Shown: positions 1 to 9,260 of the stretch, piece by piece
Layout of the letters: each line of letters opens with the position of its first letter
Position numbering within the stretch: position 1 is the stretch's first letter
Position numbers and translations under genes: made by a program
Assembly: GCA_902805735.1 (NCBI GenBank)
Contig: CADCTW010000187.1
Location: forward strand, 2,859 to 66,858
DNA length: 64,000 nucleotides
Direction of reading: 5' to 3'
DNA from: an uncultured Gemmatimonadota bacterium
GTDB lineage: Bacteria; Gemmatimonadota; Gemmatimonadetes; Longimicrobiales; Longimicrobiaceae
The notes under the pieces: model-generated
What the model saw: only the letters and a program-made list of their open reading frames with translations
The model's database searches: none
Told to the model about the DNA's origin: nothing

Positions 1-1
1 G

Positions 2-844
2 CTGGCGCCCCCGCGCGAGACGGAGCCCGTGGTGGGCGAAGAGTTCCGCTCGGCCGAGGACGCGGTGGGCGCGCCGGCGGCCACCCTCCCCGTCCCCGCG
101 CCGGACTGGGGGGAAGGCGAGGGTGACGCGGCGCCGGCGAAGAAGGGTGGCCGCGTGTCGGCACTGCTCACGCTCCTGCTGCTCCTGGCCGTGCTGGCGG
201 GCGCCGTGTACCTCCTCCTCCAGCAGTATCCCCAGCTCCTGGGGAGCACGCCGGGAGCGGCGACGGCCGATCCCGCGGCGCGCGCCGTTCCGAGGGCCGC
301 CCGCGGGCCCGTAGCGGCGGCGGGGACGGCGCTGCCCTTCGCCGTGTTCGTGAAGGCGTACCAGGAGTACGAGCCCGCGCGCCAGCTCGCCGCCAGCGTG
401 TCCAGCCGGTTCCCGGAGTCGCGCTTCTACGTGACGCCGGAGATGACGGGCGACAAGCTGTATTACAAGGTGTTCTCCGGCGTCCTGGCCGACTCGGCGG
501 ACGCGGCGGCTCTGCGCGGGCGGCTGATGCGGGCCGGCGTGGTCAGCCCCGAGGACGTGGGGACGGAGGAGGACCTGATCCTGGTGCGCCCCCTGACCCT
601 GGAGCTGGGCGAGATGCCCACCCAGGACGCGGCGCAAGCTCGTGCGGACTCGCTGGCGCGGCGCGCCATCCCCGCCTACGCCGTGGCCGTGCCCTTCAGC
701 GACGGCACCGAGCGCTACAAGGTGTACGGCGGCGCCTTCGCGGACTCCGCGGCGGCGGCCCCCATGATCAAGATGGTACAGCAGGCCGGCCTCCCCGCGC
801 GCCTGGTTCCGCGCACCGGCCGCGTGCCCGCCGCGCAGAAGTGA
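2..844 (+). CDS. SPOR-domain membrane-anchored protein (5'-partial)
   Basis: Frame is open from the window edge. One TM segment (LLTLLLLLAVLAGAVYLLL) is followed by two SPOR-like units (YYKVFSGVLADSADA, YKVYGGAFADSAAA). Confidence 0.65.
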   Translation: MAPPRETEPVVGEEFRSAEDAVGAPAATLPVPAPDWGEGEGDAAPAKKGGRVSALLTLLLLLAVLAGAVYLLLQQYPQLLGSTPGAATADPAARAVPRAARGPVAAAGTALPFAVFVKAYQEYEPARQLAASVSSRFPESRFYVTPEMTGDKLYYKVFSGVLADSADAAALRGRLMRAGVVSPEDVGTEEDLILVRPLTLELGEMPTQDAAQARADSLARRAIPAYAVAVPFSDGTERYKVYGGAFADSAAAAPMIKMVQQAGLPARLVPRTGRVPAAQK

Positions 845-880
845 TCCGCGGGATGGAAGGAGCGGCTTCGGCGGCCCCCG

Positions 881-1024
881 CCGGAGCCTGGCGACTGAAG
901 TCGCGGCAACCACTGCACGAAGTCCCCCTGCGGGGACTGTACGGCTGCATCCGGGCCGGAGGAACCCCGTCCGCGAAGGCGGACTTCGTGCCTTCGTTGC
1001 CGCGACTTCAGTCGCCGGGTCCGG
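881..1024. repeat. REP/REPIN-like inverted-repeat element (GCGACTGAAGTCGC family), copy 1
   Basis: Terminal inverted repeats GGCGACTGAAGTCGCGGCAAC / GTTGCCGCGACTTCAGTCGCC with inner CACGAAGTCC/GGACTTCGTG arms. A homologous copy lies at 52588-52721. Confidence 0.85.
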
Positions 1025-1037
1025 GCCCGGGTGTCCC

Positions 1038-4000
1038 ATGAAGCTCCGCAGGCTGCAGCTCCACGGCTTCAAGTCGTTCGCGGACCGCACCACCATCGAG
1101 CTGCGCGACGGGGTCACGGCCATCGTGGGCTCCAACGGGTGCGGCAAGTCCAACACGGCCGACGCGGTGCGGTGGGTGCTGGGCGAGCAGCGGGCCAGCG
1201 CCCTGCGCGGCGGGAAGATGGAGGAGGTCATCTTCCAGGGCAGCGTCCGCCGGCGTCCCCTCAATTACGCCGAAGTCGCCCTCGTCTTCTCCAACGAAGA
1301 CGGCTCCGTACCCATCCCGCAGACCGAAATCGAGATCACCCGCAAGGTGTACCGCGAGGGCGGGAGCGAATATTCGCTCAATCGCGCTTCGTGCCGCCTG
1401 CGCGACATCCACGACCTGCTGCGCGACACGGGTCTGGGCTCCGACGCGTACTCGATCATCGAGGCGGGGATGATCGACTCGATCCTGAGCGAAAAGGCGG
1501 AGGAGCGCCGCGCCATGTTCGAGGAGGCGGCGGGGATCGGCAAGTACAAGGACCGCCGCCGCGCCGCCCAGCGCCGCCTGGAGCAGGCCGAAGGGGACCT
1601 CGCGCGGCTGGGCGACCTGGTGGCCGAGGTGGAGAGCAAGGTGCGCTCCCTCGCCCGGCAGCGCCGCCGCGCCCAGCGCTACGAGGAGCTGCAGGCCCGC
1701 CGCCTGGACCTGGATGTCGCCCTGGCCACCGCCGAGGCCGCGGCGCTCACCGCCGCCCTGGCCGAAGGGGAGCGGCGGCTGGCCGAGCTGGAGCGCATCG
1801 CGGGCGATACCGCCATCGAGCGCTCCACCGCCGAAACGGTGGTGCAGGAGCGGCGGTTGGAGACGGCGGAGCTGGGCCGCCGCCGCGCCGAGGTGGCGGG
1901 CCGGCTGGATGCGGTGCGCCAGCGGCTGGACGCGAGGGAGCGCGAGATCCTGCTTGCCGACGAGCGGCGCGGGCACGCGGAGATGCGGATCGCGCAGCTC
2001 GTGCGCGAGCGCGCCGAGCTGGCCGACCGCGCCGCCGCCCAGTCCGCCGAGGCCGAGCGCCTGGCCGCCGAGCGCGAGCGCGTCGTTGCGCGGGTGGACG
2101 GAACGCGCGAGCGGCTGGAGGCGCGCGTGGAGGAGAACGAGGGGCTGCGGGCCACCCTCACCGCCCACCGCCGCGCCAGCGAGGAGGCCGCGAACCGCCA
2201 GCGCGAGGTCGCCCGCGACATCGCCGCGGCGGAGGGGGAGCGCATCTCGGCCGAGCGCCGCCGCCAGGAGGGCTTGGAGCGCGCGGAGCGCCTGGGCGAG
2301 CAGACCACGCAGCTCGGCGCCGAGATCGAGCGCATGGGCGAGCAGACGGAGCTGTGGAGCGGCCAGGGCGACACCCTGCGCGACCGGCTGGACGCCGCCA
2401 CCGACGCCGCCGAGCGCGCCCGCGAGGAGATGCGCGTGCTGCGCGGGCGCGAGGCCCCGCTGCGCGACGCGCTGCGGACCGGGCAGGACCGCGTGTCGCG
2501 CCTGGGGGCGCAGGTGAGCGCGCGCGAGGCGCTGGAGCGCTCGTACGAGGGCTTCTCCCCCGCCGTCACGGCGCTGATGCAGGCCCGCGCGCGCTTCCCC
2601 GGCGTCCTCGCGCCACTCGCCGACTTCGTGCGCGCCACCACCGCCGACGCGGCATCCGCGGCCGCGGTGGAATCCTTTCTCGGCTCGCTGCTGCAGGCCG
2701 TGGTGGTGCAGGACCTGGAGGCCGCGCGCCGCGTGCGCCGCTGGTTCCGCGACGAGTGGAAGGGCGGGGGAACGCTTCTCCTCCTCCCCATGGACGCGCC
2801 CGGCGTGCGCGACGCCCTCCCCGCCGCCAACCACCTGGGCGTGACGGGGACGGGGGAGGGGCACGGCTGGGCGGAGGTGTTCCTGGTGGGGCTCGTGTTC
2901 GTGAGCGGCGAGGACCCGCTGGAGTCGTTCGACGGGAACGCCCGCGTGGACTCGCTGGGCGACACGGTGGACGCGCGCGGCGTGATCCGCCTGGGCCAGC
3001 CGCTGACGGGGGAGGGGATCCTGGCCCGGCGCGAGGCGCTGGCCCGCCTGCGCGACGAGCTGGCGGACGCGGAGGTGGCGCACGATCGCCTGGTGCGCGA
3101 TCGCGACACCCTGGTGGGCCAGCTCGGCGAGGCGGAGGAGCGCGCCCGCGAGGCGGAGGAGATCCGCCGCGTCACCGAGGCGGAGCTGCGCCGCCTGGAC
3201 GCGGAGGCCGCCGCCCACGGGCACCGCCGCGGACGCCTGGAGCGCGAGCGGGAAGAGATGCACGCCGCCCTCTCCGCCACCCAGCGCAACGCCCTGGAAG
3301 CCGCCGAGCGCATGGCCGCCCTGGACGAGCGCCTCGCCCAGCTCGCCCGCGCCGCCGCCGAGGCCGGCGCCGCGGCCCTGCGCGCCGGCGCCGGCCTGGC
3401 CGAGCTGGACGCCGCCTGGGAGGACGCGCGCGACGAGGAATCGGAGCTGCGCGTGGCGCTGGCCCGCGCCGAGGGGGAGCTGCGCGAGACGGAGCGCGCC
3501 CTCGGCGCCGCCCGCCACGGCGCCGAGTCCGCCCGTGGCCGCGGCGCCACCCTGGAGGCCGAGGCCACCGAGCTGCGCCGCTCGCTGGAGGGGCTGGCCG
3601 GCGTGCGCGGGCGCGCAGGCGACGAGCTGGAGCTTCTCTTCCGCGAGCGCGACGAGCAGGGGGCCTCCGTCGCCAACCTGGACGCCCGCCTGGCCGAACT
3701 GGAAGCGGAGGCCGCGGGCGCGGAGGAGCGGGTGCGCGTGGCCCGCCGCCGCGAGGCCGAAGCCGGCGAGGAGCGCCACCGCCGCCAGCTGGAGCGCGCG
3801 GAGCTGGAGGGCCGGCTGATCCGCGTCCGCGAGCGGCTGGAGGTGGAGTGGGGCCGCCCGTGGAACGTGCTGGCCGCCGCCGCGCGTCCGGTGGAGGGGG
3901 GGACGGCGGAGGAGTGGCGCGCGGACCTGCGCGAGGTGGCGGAGCAGGTGAGCGCCCTGGGACCCATCAACATGCTCGCCGTGCAGGAGCACGAGGAGGA

Positions 4001-4583
4001 GGACCGCCGCCTGCGCTTCCTGCTGGAGCAGCGCGACGACCTGACCCGGGCGCGCGACGACCTGGCCTCGGCCATCCGCCAGATCAACCGCACGGCCCGC
4101 GAGGTGTTCATGGCCACCTTCGACACGGTGCGCCAGAACTTCCACCGCACCTTCCAGTCGCTCTTCCAGGGCGGCGAGTGCGACGTGTGGCTCACCGATC
4201 CCGATGACCCGCTGGAATCGGCCATCGAGATCCACGCCTCGCCGCGCGGCAAGAAGACGCAGCGCATCCACCTCCTCTCCGGCGGCGAGCGCACCCTCAC
4301 GGCGCTCTCCCTCCTCTTCGCGATCTACCTGGTGAAGCCCTCCCCCTTCTGCCTCTTCGACGAGGTGGACGCCCCGCTGGACGAGTCCAACGTGGGCCGC
4401 TTCATCCAGCTCCTGGACGACTTCAAGGAGCAGACGCAGTTCATCGTCATCACCCACAACCCCCGCACCATGGAGTCCGCCGACTGGATCTACGGCGTCA
4501 CCATGGAAGAGCCCGGCGTATCCACCGTCGTCGGCGTGGAGCTGCGGGGCGCCTGGGACTACACCGAGCGCAAGACGGCCTGA
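1038..4583 (+). CDS. smc: Chromosome segregation protein SMC
   Basis: GFKSFAD, Walker A GSNGCGKSN, long coiled coils with hinge, LSGGE signature, Walker B LFDEVDAPLD. Confidence 0.97.
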   Translation: MKLRRLQLHGFKSFADRTTIELRDGVTAIVGSNGCGKSNTADAVRWVLGEQRASALRGGKMEEVIFQGSVRRRPLNYAEVALVFSNEDGSVPIPQTEIEITRKVYREGGSEYSLNRASCRLRDIHDLLRDTGLGSDAYSIIEAGMIDSILSEKAEERRAMFEEAAGIGKYKDRRRAAQRRLEQAEGDLARLGDLVAEVESKVRSLARQRRRAQRYEELQARRLDLDVALATAEAAALTAALAEGERRLAELERIAGDTAIERSTAETVVQERRLETAELGRRRAEVAGRLDAVRQRLDAREREILLADERRGHAEMRIAQLVRERAELADRAAAQSAEAERLAAERERVVARVDGTRERLEARVEENEGLRATLTAHRRASEEAANRQREVARDIAAAEGERISAERRRQEGLERAERLGEQTTQLGAEIERMGEQTELWSGQGDTLRDRLDAATDAAERAREEMRVLRGREAPLRDALRTGQDRVSRLGAQVSAREALERSYEGFSPAVTALMQARARFPGVLAPLADFVRATTADAASAAAVESFLGSLLQAVVVQDLEAARRVRRWFRDEWKGGGTLLLLPMDAPGVRDALPAANHLGVTGTGEGHGWAEVFLVGLVFVSGEDPLESFDGNARVDSLGDTVDARGVIRLGQPLTGEGILARREALARLRDELADAEVAHDRLVRDRDTLVGQLGEAEERAREAEEIRRVTEAELRRLDAEAAAHGHRRGRLEREREEMHAALSATQRNALEAAERMAALDERLAQLARAAAEAGAAALRAGAGLAELDAAWEDARDEESELRVALARAEGELRETERALGAARHGAESARGRGATLEAEATELRRSLEGLAGVRGRAGDELELLFRERDEQGASVANLDARLAELEAEAAGAEERVRVARRREAEAGEERHRRQLERAELEGRLIRVRERLEVEWGRPWNVLAAAARPVEGGTAEEWRADLREVAEQVSALGPINMLAVQEHEEEDRRLRFLLEQRDDLTRARDDLASAIRQINRTAREVFMATFDTVRQNFHRTFQSLFQGGECDVWLTDPDDPLESAIEIHASPRGKKTQRIHLLSGGERTLTALSLLFAIYLVKPSPFCLFDEVDAPLDESNVGRFIQLLDDFKEQTQFIVITHNPRTMESADWIYGVTMEEPGVSTVVGVELRGAWDYTERKTA

Positions 4584-4591
4584 TTTTTCTC

Positions 4592-4620
4592 CTCTGTGCC
4601 TCTGTGTCTCTGTGTGAGCC
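4592..4620. repeat. CACAGAG 8-nt-period dispersed repeat, half element
   Basis: CTCTGTGCCTCTGTGTCTCTGTGTGAGCC. Confidence 0.85.
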
Positions 4621-4624
4621 GCTG

Positions 4625-4653
4625 TTGCCGTTCCTCGCGTTTTCCAGTAAAAT
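4625..4653 (+). promoter_or_regulatory. Candidate sigma70 promoter for mutS
   Basis: TTGCCG-N17-TAAAAT, 31 nt before the ATG at 4685. Confidence 0.55.
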
Positions 4654-4684
4654 CAAGGGCTTACATACTCCAACCCTCCCCGGA

Positions 4685-7249
4685 ATGTCGTCGGAAGACA
4701 CCCCGCTGATGCTGCAGTGGCGCGAGGTCAAGGCGCGCCACCCCGACGCGCTCGTGTTCTTCCGTGTCGGCGACTTCTACGAGATGTTCAACGAGGACGC
4801 GGTCGAGGGCTCCAAGCTCCTGGACCTGACGCTCACCTCGCGGAACAACGGGGGGTCCAAGGCGCCGCTCGCGGGGATCCCGGCGCACGCGCTGGAGAAC
4901 TACCTGCGCCGGCTGGTGGGGCTCGGCCGCCGCGTGGCCATCTGCGACCAGGTGGAGGACCCCGCGCTCGCCAAGGGGCTGGTCCGCCGCGAGGTAACCG
5001 AGATGGTGACCCCGGGCGCCGTGTTCAGCGACGCCCTGCTCGACGCGCGGCGCAACAACTTCCTGGTGGCGCTGGCGGGGGACGCGGCGGGGGCGGGGAC
5101 CATCGCCGTGGCGATGGCGGACCTGTCCACGGGCGAGCTGGTGGTGCGGGCGGTGGCGTGGGACGAGCTGGGGGACGTGCTCGGCGCGGCGCGTCCCTCC
5201 GAGCTCCTCCTGCCGCGCTCCTGGGAGCTCTTCCCGGGGCCGGTGGACGGCGTCACGCGCACCTTCCGCGGCGACTGGCTGTTCGAGACGCGGACGGCGC
5301 AGGAGGAGCTGCAGCGCCACTTCCGGGTCGCCAACCTGGCGGGCTTCGGCTTCGAGACGGCGGATGCGCCGCTGGTGGGCGCGGTGGGGGCGCTGGTCGC
5401 GTACATCAACGAGGTGCAGCCGGCGGGCTTCGCGGCGCTGCGCACGCCGCGGGTGGAGCGCGCGGGCGCGGCCATGCCGCTGGATGAGATGACGCGCCGC
5501 AACCTGGAGCTGGTGGAACCCCTGCGCGGCGGCGGCACGGCGGGGACGCTGCTGGACGTGCTGGACGAGGCGCTCACGCCCATGGGCGGGCGCCTGCTGC
5601 GCCGCTGGCTGCTGGCGCCGCTGCTGGACCGCGCGATGATCGGCGCGCGGCTGGAGGCGGTGGACGAGCTGTTCGGCGACGACGCGGTGCGGCGCGAGGC
5701 GCGCACGGCGCTGGCCGAGATCCGCGACCTGGAGCGGCTGGGCGTCAAGGTGGGCACCGGGCGGGTGAACCCGCGCGAGATGCTGGCGCTGGCCGCCTCG
5801 CTGGAGCGGCTGCCGCCCCTGCGCGCGGCGCTGGCGGGGTGCGCGGCGCCCCTGCTGCGCGAGCACCTGGACGCCATCGAGCCCATGGACGACGTGCGCG
5901 AGCTGATCGCGCGCGCCGTCGATGCGGAGGCGCCGGTCGCGGTGCCGGACGGCGGGGTGATCCGCGCCGGCTTCAGCGCGGAGCTGGACGAGCTGCGCGG
6001 CGTGCGCGACGGGGCCGTGGAGTGGATCGCGCGCCTGCAGACCCGCGAGCGCGAGCGCACCGGGATCGGGTCGCTCAAGGTGGGGTTCAACCGCGTCTTC
6101 GGGTACTACCTGGAGATCACCCGCACCCACTCCGAAAAGGTCCCGGCGGACTACCACCGCAAGCAGACGCTGGCCAACGCGGAGCGGTACTACACGCCCG
6201 AGCTGAAGGAGTGGGAGGAGAAGGTGCTGGGCGCGGAGGAGCGCATCGGGGCGCTGGAGACCCGCCTCTTCGCCGAGCTGCGCGCCGCCGTCGCGCGGGA
6301 GCTGCCACGCATCCAGCGGGTGGCCGAGCGCATCGCGGCCGTGGACGTGCTGGCGGCGCTGGCCGAGGCCGCCTGCCGCCGCGACTTCTGCCGGCCGGAG
6401 GTGGACGACGGCTTCGCGCTGGAGATCCGCGGCGGGCGGCACCCGGTGGTGGAGACGATGATGCCGCGCGAGGAGTTCATCCCCAACAACCTGCAGCTGG
6501 ACGAGGGGCGGCGGGTCATGATCCTGACCGGGCCCAACATGGCCGGCAAGAGCACGGTGCTGCGCCAGGCGGGGCTGATCGTGCTCCTGGCGCAGATCGG
6601 GTCGTTCGTCCCGGCGCGCGCGGCGCGCGTCGGGATCGTGGACCGCATCTTCACCCGCGTGGGCGCGTCGGACAACCTGGTGCGCGGGCAGAGCACCTTC
6701 ATGGTGGAGATGAACGAGACGGCGGCCATCCTCCACGGCGCCACCGCGCGCTCGCTGGTGCTGCTGGACGAGATCGGCCGCGGCACCTCCACCTGGGACG
6801 GGCTGAGCGTGGCCACGGCCACCACCGAGCACCTGCACGACGTGACCGGCGCCAAGACGGTGTTCGCCACGCACTACCACGAGCTCACGCGCCTCTCCGA
6901 GCGCCTCCCGGCCGTGGTCAACTTCTCGGTGGCCGTGCGCGAGTCGGGGGACGACATCGTCTTCCTGCGCCGCCTGGTGGCGGGCGGCGCGGACCGCTCG
7001 TACGGCGTGGAGGTGGCGCGGCTGGCCGGCCTTCCCGGCAGCGTGGTGGCCCGCGCCCGCGAGCTGCTGCGCGAGCTGGAGGCCCAGGGGGCGCCCCGCA
7101 ACGGCAACGGCCGCGCGGCCCAGCTCGCGCTCTTTGAAGACGGCCCGCACCCCGCCGTCGAGCGCCTGCGCCGCATGGACGTGAACGGGATCACGCCCAT
7201 GCAGGCGCTGGCGCTCCTTTCGGAATTGGCGGACGTGGCGCGCTCATGA
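4685..7249 (+). CDS. mutS: DNA mismatch repair protein MutS
   Basis: TPLMLQW, GDFYEMF, TGPNMAGKST, STFMVEM, LLDEIGRGT, ATHYHEL, and a QLALF clamp-binding-like motif. Start set at ATG 4685. Confidence 0.97.
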   Translation: MSSEDTPLMLQWREVKARHPDALVFFRVGDFYEMFNEDAVEGSKLLDLTLTSRNNGGSKAPLAGIPAHALENYLRRLVGLGRRVAICDQVEDPALAKGLVRREVTEMVTPGAVFSDALLDARRNNFLVALAGDAAGAGTIAVAMADLSTGELVVRAVAWDELGDVLGAARPSELLLPRSWELFPGPVDGVTRTFRGDWLFETRTAQEELQRHFRVANLAGFGFETADAPLVGAVGALVAYINEVQPAGFAALRTPRVERAGAAMPLDEMTRRNLELVEPLRGGGTAGTLLDVLDEALTPMGGRLLRRWLLAPLLDRAMIGARLEAVDELFGDDAVRREARTALAEIRDLERLGVKVGTGRVNPREMLALAASLERLPPLRAALAGCAAPLLREHLDAIEPMDDVRELIARAVDAEAPVAVPDGGVIRAGFSAELDELRGVRDGAVEWIARLQTRERERTGIGSLKVGFNRVFGYYLEITRTHSEKVPADYHRKQTLANAERYYTPELKEWEEKVLGAEERIGALETRLFAELRAAVARELPRIQRVAERIAAVDVLAALAEAACRRDFCRPEVDDGFALEIRGGRHPVVETMMPREEFIPNNLQLDEGRRVMILTGPNMAGKSTVLRQAGLIVLLAQIGSFVPARAARVGIVDRIFTRVGASDNLVRGQSTFMVEMNETAAILHGATARSLVLLDEIGRGTSTWDGLSVATATTEHLHDVTGAKTVFATHYHELTRLSERLPAVVNFSVAVRESGDDIVFLRRLVAGGADRSYGVEVARLAGLPGSVVARARELLRELEAQGAPRNGNGRAAQLALFEDGPHPAVERLRRMDVNGITPMQALALLSELADVARS

Positions 7250-7665
7250 AGCACTCCTCCGTGTCTCTGTGGCTCTGTGTGAGATTGCTGTTCGCCGGCA
7301 TGCTCGCGGCGTGCGGCGGGGCGCCCGAGCCCATCACGCCCCCGAAGCAGCTCGCCATCTCCGCCGAGTCGCCCTTCCAGTACCCGGAAGAGCTGTGGGA
7401 CGCGCAGGTGGAGGGGGAGACGATGCTCAGGCTCTTCATCACCGAGCAGGGCGCGGTGGACAGCGTGCGCGTGGAGCGCACCAGCGGCTACGAGGCGTTC
7501 GACTCCGCGGCGCTGGCCGGGGGGCGCACGCTGAGGTTCCAGCCCGCGCGGCGCGGGGCGGAGCCGGTGGGCGCGTGGTTCATTCTTCCCGTTCGATTCG
7601 ACCTGGGGCCGGCCGCCGATTCGGCGGGCGCCCCTTCCACATCTCAGCCGGCCGTGCTTCCATGA
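7246..7665 (+). CDS. TonB C-terminal domain (lipo)protein / energy transducer TonB
   Basis: YPEELWDAQVEG...SGYEAFDSAAL...RFQPA...PVRF; lipobox-like LAAC. The 5' end overlaps a CACAGAG repeat, so the start is uncertain. Confidence 0.75.
   Translation: MKHSSVSLWLCVRLLFAGMLAACGGAPEPITPPKQLAISAESPFQYPEELWDAQVEGETMLRLFITEQGAVDSVRVERTSGYEAFDSAALAGGRTLRFQPARRGAEPVGAWFILPVRFDLGPAADSAGAPSTSQPAVLP
7257..7284. repeat. CACAGAG repeat, half element inside the tonB 5' end
   Basis: CTCCGTGTCTCTGTGGCTCTGTGTGAGA. Confidence 0.7.
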
Positions 7666-9080
7666 CCGATTTCGCCGATCAGCTCCTCGCCCGCCCGCGG
7701 CACACGCGGCCCTACGCCAACATCGTGGAGGCGGTGGGGTGGACGCCCCTCATCCGCCTCAACCGCGTGACGGCGGGGATCCGCACCCCCGTGTACGGCA
7801 AGGCGGAGTTCATGAACCCCGGCGGCAGCGTCAAGGACCGCGTGGGGCCGGCCATCATCGAGGCCGCCGAGCGCGCGGGCGAGCTGCGCCCCGGCGGCAC
7901 CGTGGTGGAGGGGACCAGCGGCAACACCGGGGTGGGGCTGGCGCTGGCCGCCGCCATCAAGGGGTACCGCTGCATCTTCACCATCCCGGACAAGATGAGC
8001 CAGGAGAAGGTGCGGCTCCTCAAGGCGTTCGGGGCCGAGGTGATCGTGACGCCCACCGCCGTGGCGCCCGACCACCCCGACAACTACGTGATGATGGCGA
8101 AGCGGATCGCCGAAGAGACGCCCAACGCCATCCTCGCCAACCAGTTCTACAACCAGGCCAACCCCGAGGCCCACTACGCCACCACCGCCCCCGAGATCTG
8201 GGAGCAGACGGAGGGGCGGGTGACGCACTTCGTCTCGGCCGCGGGCACCGGCGGCACGCTGACGGGGGTGGGGCGCTACCTCAAGGAGCGCAACCCCGCC
8301 GTCCGCATCATCGGCGGCGACCCGGTGGGCTCCATCATCGCCGGGTACGCGGCCACGGGGAGCAAGCCGGAAGCCGCGCCGTACAAGGTGGAGGGGATCG
8401 GGCAGGACAAGATCCCCGGCACGCTGGACATGAGCGTGGTGGACGAGTGGCGCTCGGTGGAAGACCGCGCGTCGCTGGGGATGGCGCGCCGGCTGACCCG
8501 CGAGGAGGGGCTGTTCGTGGGCGGCTCGGCGGGGCTGATCTGCCAGGTGGCGCTGGAAGTGGCGCGCGAGATCGACGACCCGGAGGCGTGCGTCGTCTTC
8601 ATCCTGTGCGACACGGGCGAGCGCTACCTGTCCAAGATCTTCAACGACGAGTGGATGAGGGAGAACCGGCTGCTGGAGCCGTCGCGCGTGACGGCGCGCG
8701 ACATGGTGAGCGGCAAGGAAGACAAGGCGCCGGGTCAGCTCATCGCGGTGGCGCCGGAAACGCCCGTGCGGCAGGCGCTGGGCTTCATCACCCAGCACAA
8801 CATCTCGCAGCTCCCCGTGGTGTCCGAGGGGGACTGCGTGGGGCACATCTCCGAGGCGTCGCTGATGTCGCGCGTGCTGGAGAACACGGCCACGCTGGAG
8901 CAGTCGGTGCAGCACCTGATGGACGCGCCCCTGCCGGTGGTGGACGCGCACGTGGACCTGCCCGGGATCACGCGGCTGCTGAACCGGCAGAACCCGGCCG
9001 TGCTGGTGCGGCACGACGGGCGGCTGGCGGGGATCATCACCCGCTACGACGTCCTCCGCTACCTCACCGACGCGCGGTGA
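7662..9080 (+). CDS. cbs: Cystathionine beta-synthase (PLP enzyme with C-terminal CBS pair)
   Basis: NPGGSVKDR PLP lysine, TSGNTG, GTGGT, YKVEGIG, two C-terminal CBS domains. The ATG overlaps the tonB stop. Confidence 0.88.
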   Translation: MTDFADQLLARPRHTRPYANIVEAVGWTPLIRLNRVTAGIRTPVYGKAEFMNPGGSVKDRVGPAIIEAAERAGELRPGGTVVEGTSGNTGVGLALAAAIKGYRCIFTIPDKMSQEKVRLLKAFGAEVIVTPTAVAPDHPDNYVMMAKRIAEETPNAILANQFYNQANPEAHYATTAPEIWEQTEGRVTHFVSAAGTGGTLTGVGRYLKERNPAVRIIGGDPVGSIIAGYAATGSKPEAAPYKVEGIGQDKIPGTLDMSVVDEWRSVEDRASLGMARRLTREEGLFVGGSAGLICQVALEVAREIDDPEACVVFILCDTGERYLSKIFNDEWMRENRLLEPSRVTARDMVSGKEDKAPGQLIAVAPETPVRQALGFITQHNISQLPVVSEGDCVGHISEASLMSRVLENTATLEQSVQHLMDAPLPVVDAHVDLPGITRLLNRQNPAVLVRHDGRLAGIITRYDVLRYLTDAR

Positions 9081-9260
9081 AGCGCCCCGGCGGCAAGACT
9101 TTCCGCGCGCCGAAGGGTGTGGCATGGAAAGGCTTGCCGACCGTGGCAAACTCGTTACATTCCCCGCTACCCGGCGCGGCCGGGCGCGGCTAGTCTCATG
9201 CGCGTCCCCGGAGAGTGTACGGGGCGCAGTCGGAAACTCTCTATCCTCCCCGAGAAACAC

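Noticed and set aside
4604-4684. N-terminal extensions in the ORF track (mutS from 4604, MFS from 48056, acyltransferase from 49500, YheT from 49401, rmlD-like from 52648)
   Set aside because: The extensions translate repeat or promoter DNA (SLCE, HRGTETQR, LCLCV). Downstream starts fit the family N-termini better.
9120-9137. TGGCA...TTGC as a sigma54 promoter for the TBDR
   Set aside because: The GG-to-GC spacing is 3 nt too long. A sigma70-like TTGCCG-N16-TACATT overlaps it and is also uncertain.
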